From Desulfomonilia bacterium (GTDB lineage: Bacteria > Desulfobacterota > Desulfomonilia > UBA1062), in assembly GCA_050014195.1 (NCBI GenBank), contig JBEKDT010000005.1, positions 159,012 through 223,011 on the forward strand: a stretch of 64,000 nt of DNA, given 5' to 3'. The position numbers and the translations under genes are program-made. The notes beneath the pieces were generated by a model. That model saw only the letters and a program-made list of their open reading frames with translations. It was not told the origin of the DNA and ran no database searches. Below are positions 57,626 through 64,000 of this stretch, in pieces; within the stretch, counting starts at the first letter, position 1, and each line of letters opens with the position of its first letter.

Positions 57626-58873
57626 ATGTTCGATTATCTCATGACCGAAGCCCAGAAGAAACTGCGAGACGAGGCCCGGGCCTTCACCAAGTGGGTTCCC
57701 AAGCAGCTCATCCTCGACATGGATGCCGAGAAGGTGCAGTTCCCCCACGAATATCTTCAGGAGGCGGGCAGGAGGAACCTGCTGGGGATCAGGCTACCAA
57801 AGGAGCTGGGCGGCAGGGGCCTGAGCTGGGTGGATGACTCCATCGTGGCCGAGGAGATCGGCGTTGCCAGCTATTCGCTTGCGTGCCTGTGGGGGGTGGG
57901 CGCAGACATCGTGTGCGAGGCCATCACGCTCTTCGGCAATGACGAGCTCAAGAAGGCCGTGGTGGTCCCGCTCCTCAAGGGGGAGACCTTTGCAGCAGAA
58001 GGGCTCACCGAGCCGCGGGGCGGGTCCGACTTTTTCGGCGCCGCCACGTATGCAAAAAAAGACGGCGGCGACTGGATCATAAACGGCCAGAAGCGCTTCA
58101 TCGTGGGAGCGGAGGGTGCCGACTGGTTCCTGGTCTATGCGGTGACCGACCCTGATGCCCCGCCCCACAGGCGCATGACCGCCTTCATGGTGCCGAGAAC
58201 GGATGGCGTTGAGAGCAAATACCTATACGGGCTCATGGGCGTGCGGGGAGGCGGTGCAGGCAGGCTCGTGCTGAAGGATGTGCGCGTGCCCGAGCGCTAT
58301 GCGTTGAACGGCATCAACGGCGGTTTCGACGTGTTCGTCCGGATGATGATACCTGAGCGGCTCGGTACTGCAGCCATGACGTTGGGCTCGGTGAGACCGG
58401 CCATAGAGATCGCCACGCGCTATACGAGCAAGCGCAAGGCCTTCGGGCTGCCCATCCAGATGTTTGAGGCCGTGGGCTTCAAGGTGGCGGATTCCGTGAT
58501 GATGCTGGATGCAGCCCGCTCGCTCGTCTATTCCACCTGCCTCGCAGTGGATTCGGGCAAGGCCCACCCGAACAGGGTGCGGCGCCTGGTCTCCGAGGCC
58601 AAGAAGTTCGTGACAGAGGCCGCCTGGGAGATCGCCAACAAGTGCATGCAGACGGTCGGCGGCATCGGCTACACCAATGTCTACCCGCTGGAGAGGATCG
58701 TACGCGACATCAGGCTCTCCATGATCTGGGTGGGCAGCAACGAGATCATGCAACTCATCATCCAGAACGAGTGGTACAAGGAATACTTCAAGTCGATTGC
58801 CAAAGAGGACGTACGCGACGTTGAAGCAGACGCGGCAAACGCCGATGCAGAGGGCGAAAAGATTTACGAGTAA
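57626..58873 (+). CDS. Acyl-CoA dehydrogenase family protein
   Basis: GLTEPRGGSD, INGQKRFI, RKAFG..I..F, GGIGY....P.ER..RD. Confidence 0.92.
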   Translation: MFDYLMTEAQKKLRDEARAFTKWVPKQLILDMDAEKVQFPHEYLQEAGRRNLLGIRLPKELGGRGLSWVDDSIVAEEIGVASYSLACLWGVGADIVCEAITLFGNDELKKAVVVPLLKGETFAAEGLTEPRGGSDFFGAATYAKKDGGDWIINGQKRFIVGAEGADWFLVYAVTDPDAPPHRRMTAFMVPRTDGVESKYLYGLMGVRGGGAGRLVLKDVRVPERYALNGINGGFDVFVRMMIPERLGTAAMTLGSVRPAIEIATRYTSKRKAFGLPIQMFEAVGFKVADSVMMLDAARSLVYSTCLAVDSGKAHPNRVRRLVSEAKKFVTEAAWEIANKCMQTVGGIGYTNVYPLERIVRDIRLSMIWVGSNEIMQLIIQNEWYKEYFKSIAKEDVRDVEADAANADAEGEKIYE

Positions 58874-58893
58874 ATAAAGGAAACACCTCTTAA

Positions 58894-58944
58894 GGGGTCA
58901 GGAGTCAGAATCCAATGGCATGGGGTGGGTTTTGACCCTGACCC
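58894..58944. repeat. GGGGTCAG...CTGACCC hairpin between convergent genes (terminator or mini-element)
   Basis: GGGGTCAGGAGTCAGAATCCA...TGGGTTTTGACCCTGACCC. Confidence 0.45.
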
Positions 58945-58977
58945 TCCGTATTATTAACAATGCTTCCGGCGGCTGTG

Positions 58978-59640
58978 CTATGGCAACGGAATCGTCGCAT
59001 TCGATGGTTTTCCCTGTAACTCGGCAATCAGGTCATGCGCCAGAAAGGGGACTTGTATGAGCCGTTTTCCCAGCTCATCCTGAAGCATGTCCATGAAGAT
59101 CCCCCTGCCGTCGATGAGGGCTTCAGTTATGATGGAATTCATCCGTTCAACCGTAACCGACCCCACGTCGATGCATGCAGCCGATTCGAACGACCTTCTG
59201 ATATCCAGGGTTTTATTGACGCCGCATGAGGGTGAACCGTCAATCCCCATGACCCCGACCACGGAAAAGCCGGAGGCCAGGTAATCCCTGATCTGCCCGG
59301 CCGTCTCTCCGGCCAGCCGCCTGAAGATCACTTTTGTGTACAGAAGAAAGAAGGGGAAAAAGAGACTTAAGGTTCGATAGAAAAAGGTGCCCTTTACCCC
59401 ATATGCTAGAAGCATCAATCTCTTGGTGACGCCTCCCCAGGCAAGCTGTTCCGGGCAGGGCATCTGCACGATGCCGATGTCTTTGTCCAGACACTGCTCG
59501 ATGATCTCCCTGATGCACCCTGCCCTGCACGCCCCTCCGAGATAGCGCGTATTCTCGTTCAGGATGCAGTGTGAGAGGAATATCACCTTCTTGCTCCGGC
59601 TGTCCTTGAGGCTGCGCTGCAATGATTGAACCTTGTTCAT
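58978..59640 (-). CDS. DUF523/TudS-like (2-thiouracil desulfurase-like) Fe-S protein
   Basis: HCILNEN, QMPCPEQ, GSPSCG, GIFM. Confidence 0.75.
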   Translation of the reverse strand: MNKVQSLQRSLKDSRSKKVIFLSHCILNENTRYLGGACRAGCIREIIEQCLDKDIGIVQMPCPEQLAWGGVTKRLMLLAYGVKGTFFYRTLSLFFPFFLLYTKVIFRRLAGETAGQIRDYLASGFSVVGVMGIDGSPSCGVNKTLDIRRSFESAACIDVGSVTVERMNSIITEALIDGRGIFMDMLQDELGKRLIQVPFLAHDLIAELQGKPSNATIPLP

Positions 59641-59684
59641 TGATTTATGCCAACCCAGCCATTCGCTTCATCTCCTTTTGCTCT

Positions 59685-60368
59685 TTACCACCCCTGCGGC
59701 GCATCAGGGAACCAGGTTATACCGAGCAGAGAATCCCCCTGGTCCCGATTTACCGCCTGAAAAGGCAGCCACTCCTCTTCTGGTATCTCATATTCCAGAT
59801 CGGGGTATCCAATGGGCAGACCATCACCTTTCACGATGAATGTCTCGGGATCGAGGGTAACCCCATACAGCCCTGCCACCCTGAGGCCGATCTCTTTGTG
59901 CCAGTCGGAAAGAGGCACCCCGTACTTCGGGATGATAAATGGTGATTTTCTGATAGAACGAAAACTGACCGGATGCGCCATTCGACCGCACATAAGGACG
60001 CGTATCCCCGGCTTCAAGAGGCCGCTTGCATTTGCTGCGAGGATTTCAAGTCTTGTAAACAGGCCCATACGGCGACAATCTGCAGCGACACAGCAGATGC
60101 CGGCAAGCATGACAACTTGCTGATCGGCCAACCGGGGGAGGCAGGTTTCAATGGTGTCGGCCACGGCAAACCCCGCAGGTTTTTCCTGAGAGGTTGCCAA
60201 TGCAATGTATCTCAATTTCGAAAAAGATTTTTCAAGATATTTGTGATTGGCCTGCCGGTATGACTTATCGAACAATCGATGTATCATTTCAAGGTCATCA
60301 TCGGTCAGGGCTTCTGTCCGTATAACACGTATATCGATATTGCTCATATTGAGCTCGTTCGTTGACAT
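59685..60368 (-). CDS. Hypothetical protein with possible GNAT-like fold
   Basis: 227-aa ORF; GFA...CV....R..GL pattern. Confidence 0.65.
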   Translation of the reverse strand: MSTNELNMSNIDIRVIRTEALTDDDLEMIHRLFDKSYRQANHKYLEKSFSKLRYIALATSQEKPAGFAVADTIETCLPRLADQQVVMLAGICCVAADCRRMGLFTRLEILAANASGLLKPGIRVLMCGRMAHPVSFRSIRKSPFIIPKYGVPLSDWHKEIGLRVAGLYGVTLDPETFIVKGDGLPIGYPDLEYEIPEEEWLPFQAVNRDQGDSLLGITWFPDAPQGW

Positions 60369-60393
60369 TGAATTTATCTTACCGGATTAGACA

Positions 60394-60459
60394 GTTTAAC
60401 GTTGTGCTCTGCCGCGGGTGAGTATTGAAGACTACTCACTGAGCCGGCACTCGTTAAAT
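60394..60459 (-). mobile_element. attC-like site
   Basis: Minus strand ATTTAAC GAGTGCCGGCTCAGTGAGTA-GTCTTCAA-TACTCACCCGCGGCAGAGCACAAC GTTAAAC, about 25 nt before the ATG of 60368. Confidence 0.55.
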
Positions 60460-60645
60460 CCAGTAACGCCATGTGGAATGAATGCAATGAATGCATGGAT
60501 TCCCAAGACTGTTTGAATCGTTTTCACCGGATTATGATCGAAATATTCGAGATGATAAAAAATAGAGTCACGGCAAGGCGTATCATTTTACGGACTGTAC
60601 TGTAATTGAGCAGCAGGATACATTTTCTGCTATGAGGTAATTATC

Positions 60646-61155
60646 ATGCACCTAAAATTCAAGTATGTAAAAGAAGCTAGTAATCCCCTATTAAAACTTC
60701 AACCGAAAGATTGGCTTCTCATATTAGGCGAAGTAGCATTCTTCTCGATCATCCTGCCACTCATGTGGCTTGATGAGGTCATTGATCTGAATTCTTTGTT
60801 ACCATGGATGCCTCCCCTATCTCCCAAGCTTCAGGAGTACGTCATCGAAACAACGCTGATCCTCATTATCGCCATCGCCGTCATCACCGCAACGGCAATC
60901 GTGTTGAGAAGAATAAGACGGATTGAGCGTTTCTTAAGAGTCTGCTCCTGGTGCAGAAAAGTATGGGTTGATGGGAAGTGGGTGTTTTTTGAAGACTATG
61001 CGCTGAGCAAGCACTCCCTGAGATCCAGCCACGGCATCTGCGATGAGTGCATGACCGGACTCGAGATGAAAAGACAGGTAAATAAGGTCGATAACTCACT
61101 GCAGCTAAAAATACCCCCAGTTGGAGACAAAGTAAAAGACAAGCCAATACAGTAA
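60646..61155 (+). CDS. Membrane protein with C-terminal CxxC...SHGICxxC zinc-binding motif
   Basis: 2 TM; VCSWCRKV...W...E.Y....SHGICDEC. Confidence 0.75.
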   Translation: MHLKFKYVKEASNPLLKLQPKDWLLILGEVAFFSIILPLMWLDEVIDLNSLLPWMPPLSPKLQEYVIETTLILIIAIAVITATAIVLRRIRRIERFLRVCSWCRKVWVDGKWVFFEDYALSKHSLRSSHGICDECMTGLEMKRQVNKVDNSLQLKIPPVGDKVKDKPIQ

Positions 61156-61216
61156 CATAACATCAAGGTGCGGTTTAATTATACAAATGTGTGCAAGGCA
61201 ATTTAGGCGGACCCGG

Positions 61217-61776
61217 GGAATTCTGGGGACACAATACATAATTATTGAGCAACATTTTTCTTAGGCCCAGGCCGGTTCTTTCTCAGAGGCCTGTTCAATT
61301 CATAATCTTCCGGCCTCTCAACAAGGAATGCGCGGACAGGATTTAGTTCAATGTAGCGGGCAGTTGCCAAAACATAATCTCCATCCACAACAAACGAGGA
61401 AAACCTCCCTTGCCACAGGTATCCTCTCCATCCCTCACGAAAATTCACCATTCTGGTATATCGACGGTGCGCCTCTCCAATTGCCCGTGCCAGCCCATCT
61501 TCAGAACAGGGAACAGCTAACAAATGAACATGATTCGGCATGAGACAATAGCTCCATACATCAACCCCATAGAACCGGCACCAATGAGACATGAGATCAC
61601 GATATGCCCGGTAATCCTCATCACAGAAGAATACCTTCTGTCTCCTGTTCCCGCGTTGTGTGATATGATGCGGATAACCAGGCATCACCACACGCGCCAA
61701 TCGAGCCATGTGTTTTGTTCAACCTCCTTATCTCACATCAAAACAAAACAATTAAGTATTGTGTCCCCGGAACTCC
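61217..61776 (-). mobile_element. Y1/RAYT-type transposase element bounded by 27-bp inverted repeats
   Basis: GGAATTCTGGGGACACAATACATAATT (61217-61243) vs AATTAAGTATTGTGTCCCCGGAACTCC (61750-61776), 24/27 complementary. Confidence 0.8.
61242..61709 (-). CDS. HUH Y1 (REP-associated tyrosine transposase-like) protein, probably internally deleted
   Basis: HHITQRGN, YCLMPNHVHL (HUH), LWQGRF, RYIELNPVRA; jumps from PEDY to the basic PGPK tail without the usual WSS segment. Confidence 0.85.
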   Translation of the reverse strand: MARLARVVMPGYPHHITQRGNRRQKVFFCDEDYRAYRDLMSHWCRFYGVDVWSYCLMPNHVHLLAVPCSEDGLARAIGEAHRRYTRMVNFREGWRGYLWQGRFSSFVVDGDYVLATARYIELNPVRAFLVERPEDYELNRPLRKNRPGPKKNVAQ

Positions 61777-61850
61777 AGTTTCTCTTAAATAAGTGCTCCA
61801 GGGAAAAAGGGGATAAAATCCGCTGCAAGCCTGCAGTGCAACGGTTTCTG

Positions 61851-62285
61851 CTATTTCCGTTTAATCCCGGACTTTACTTCCTTCACTGCCGGATGCTTCT
61901 TCAGATATTTTCTCCACGGCGCCCAATAGTACATTTCCCAGCCTTGGCTCACACCTGCGAAGTCGTGATCCGCCACATTGACGTGGATCAGTTCTATCCG
62001 GGCTCCCTGCCCTTCCGGCCAGAATGTCAATATCAGCGTCGAGTCGAGGTCGCCGGCCTTCCAGTGCTTTGCCCTCCAGGACTGTACGATCAGCCGTTTG
62101 GGGACCACCTGAAGGATTGTCCCCCTGATCATTCCCTTGAAGGCAAGAAACTTCGCCCCGGCTTTTGCTCCGATTGAAACGGGCGCGCCCGTGATTGCGG
62201 CATGCGCATCCGGATCGAGATACATGTCAAAGAGTTCATCGGGCAAGGCCGGCAAATCAGCTGCCATATGAATTGTTCGCGGCAT
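61851..62285 (-). CDS. SRPBCC/AHSA1 domain protein
   Basis: G.F..F.G.I.G, P.RLIVQSWR, STL.LTF, L.H.NV, GW..YYW.PW. Confidence 0.87.
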   Translation of the reverse strand: MPRTIHMAADLPALPDELFDMYLDPDAHAAITGAPVSIGAKAGAKFLAFKGMIRGTILQVVPKRLIVQSWRAKHWKAGDLDSTLILTFWPEGQGARIELIHVNVADHDFAGVSQGWEMYYWAPWRKYLKKHPAVKEVKSGIKRK

Positions 62286-62360
62286 ACTCGTTTCTCCTTT
62301 CTGTTCGAAAATCCGGGGACATCCATGATAAGGAAAGTCAAGGGGCAAACGGAGAGTTCC

Positions 62361-63152
62361 CTAGAAGAGGGTGAATGTTGCTATCATGTTGAGCAAGTCC
62401 TGAATGCCTACGGGATTAGAGAACATCTGATTATAATTTGCCGATGCAACAAATACCTGATTTCGGACCCTGTTGATGATTACTTTCTGATACGACTGTC
62501 CCGCAGTCTGTGGGTTCGTAAAGACAGCAAAGGCGGTCTCTGAGGGCAGGTCGTAGGTCACCTGCGGCATCTGCTGTAACGCCCCTGCCTGGAGCATAGT
62601 CTGGATGTTTAACTCAACATATTGCTGGATATTTACGGTAGGCGGGATTGGTCCGACCCCGATATTTAGGTTAGAGCCTTCCTGGTTATAAATGGTATAG
62701 ACAGAAACCATGGGGTTCTGGAGACCGGCAGGGTTATACTTGACCTGCCATTTTTCCGGGTGTTGCACGGAAAGAAGAAACCGGAGATCATTGCTGATGA
62801 AGTTTTTGCCTGAGAAAGCCGTTGGTCGCATGGATCCCAGATTGCTGATCTGGTCAATGACATCTTGATCTTTGATCATGCCGTCTGTAAAACGGATTTT
62901 ATCACCGGCACCTTCCGTCTTCGTGGTTCCAAGCTTGATCTGGTCAACAATAGGTTTCTCCATGCTGAGGCTGAACTTTCCTGTGGTGAAGTCCACATCA
63001 ACCTTACCTGATCCCCCTTTTTCAATTCCTTTGAACACCACATAGAGTCCAGCGGCTGCAAGCAAAAAGATTGCTATAATGATCATCAATAAACGGAGGG
63101 TTTTCTGCTTTTCTATGGCAAGGTTCTTTTCATTTTCAGAAGAATTATTCAT
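62361..63152 (-). CDS. Hypothetical membrane-anchored protein (possible PsbP-like C-terminal domain)
   Basis: N-terminal TM; FLLSVQHPEKW...MIATFTL. Confidence 0.7.
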   Translation of the reverse strand: MNNSSENEKNLAIEKQKTLRLLMIIIAIFLLAAAGLYVVFKGIEKGGSGKVDVDFTTGKFSLSMEKPIVDQIKLGTTKTEGAGDKIRFTDGMIKDQDVIDQISNLGSMRPTAFSGKNFISNDLRFLLSVQHPEKWQVKYNPAGLQNPMVSVYTIYNQEGSNLNIGVGPIPPTVNIQQYVELNIQTMLQAGALQQMPQVTYDLPSETAFAVFTNPQTAGQSYQKVIINRVRNQVFVASANYNQMFSNPVGIQDLLNMIATFTLF

Positions 63153-63176
63153 AGATATTCCCCCCTGAGTCTCTTT

Positions 63177-63239
63177 AGCTAACCGAGTGGATCACCGGCA
63201 GCAAACTTGTGAGCGGTCCTTTGCAGCAACTGTTTAGGC
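63177..63239 (-). mobile_element. attC-like site (slightly degenerate)
   Basis: Minus strand GCCTAAAC AGTTGCTGCA...GCTGCCGGTGATCCACTCG GTTAGCT; shares GCCGGTGATC....GTTAGC with the attC at 25387. Confidence 0.55.
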
Positions 63240-63297
63240 GTCTTCATAAAATTAATGTGTCCGATCTACCATCCTAAATTTCAACTGCATATCTGGT

Positions 63298-63873
63298 TCA
63301 TTGCTTGGTTAGGTCTTCAAAACTTTTCTGACAATCAAAGCAGTAGAGCCTTCCTCCAAATTTAGACTTATTCTGCGAGCAGAACTTGGCAACCTTCTCT
63401 GATATTGGCTTCTTGCATTTAGAGCAAATGAATTTTAAAGAACTATATGTCTTTTGCTGTTCCTTTGCGTGTACGGGATTCTCCTCCGGTTTTGAGGATG
63501 TCTGTATGGACAGACCAAACTTTGCCCTGAAGTCAATCCGAATGGGTTTGTGAAAAGATGCCAATCTCTTGCCCACATCCTTCAACGCTGAAGAAGAGGA
63601 GATCTTACTGAAGGAGCTTAGATCCGCCAATGGATCCATCATATCAACGATCTCATCTATCTTTGTTCTCAAGCTGTCTGCTTGAATAATCATACTGGTA
63701 TCAAACTTCTCCTGTGATGGTCTTTTGATTATAGAGTTAGGCGATACAAGGATTAAGTTTCTGAGCTTGGGTCTTATGGCAATTCCAATCCGTTTTGGGA
63801 GAATTCCTTTGGCTCTTAGGAAAAGATCGAGCAGGTAAATATGCCTCTTGTTTTGTTCAATGGGGGAGGGGAT
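63298..63873 (-). pseudogene. 3' part of a NERD-like/zinc-finger gene interrupted by IS3
   Basis: IPSPIEQNKRH typical of the NERD C-end; terminal C..C...FC....FGG..YC..CQ; begins exactly at the IS3 inverted repeat. Confidence 0.7.
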
Positions 63874-64000
63874 TGATGTTCCCCAAGAAAAGTGGACCAC
63901 TATTTGTATTACCTTGCCAGTGCTTCATATTCAACAGGGGAACAGTAATTGATCCCCGAGTGTATCCGTTTCCTGTTGTAAAAATGGGTGATATATCCCT
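63874..64000 (-). mobile_element. Right end of an IS3-family element (transposase C-terminus plus terminal IR), runs off the window
   Basis: IR TGATGTTCCCCAAGAAAAGTGGACCA at 63874; minus frame GYITHFYNRKRIHSGINYCSPVEYEALAR* (stop 63911-63909). Confidence 0.9.

Noticed and set aside
1-64000. tRNA, rRNA, riboswitch or prophage
   Set aside because: No recognisable cloverleaf, rRNA, riboswitch or phage structural signatures by eye; a covariance-model scan was not possible

Overview
Bacterial chromosomal segment of moderately high GC. The gene content (AhbC/NirJ-like radical SAM end, acyl-CoA enzymes, HDOD/CheD/MCPs) suggests an anaerobic deltaproteobacterium (inference). It has about 65 CDS: an ald-amidohydrolase-aminotransferase-SCP2-APC permease-TetR amine/amide catabolic cluster, two tandem MCPs with near-identical 3' halves, rnz, rnr, arfB, livKHMGF, acyl-CoA genes and many housekeeping or hypothetical genes. 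I recognised no rRNA, tRNA, CRISPR array or integrase. The most notable content is non-coding. (i) An integrase-less integron cassette array at 23.6-29.2 kb: attI-like site, two intact attC sites with matching R'/R'' cores, three eroded attC relics, two toxin-antitoxin pairs and an IS481 left-end remnant; two more attC-like sites lie on the minus strand at 60.4 and 63.2 kb. (ii) A family of about 125-200 bp non-autonomous elements with arms of 9-bp-periodic CACGAAG repeats. (iii) An internally deleted Y1/RAYT-type HUH transposase bracketed by 27-bp terminal inverted repeats, whose GGGGACA core recurs at other rearrangement junctions. (iv) A 153-bp gene-end direct repeat enclosing a repeat-domain membrane gene. 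(v) GTAG-type REPINs, RPE/dRS3-like palindromes, and an IS3 end interrupting a NERD-like gene. All calls are by eye from motifs; no database searches were run.
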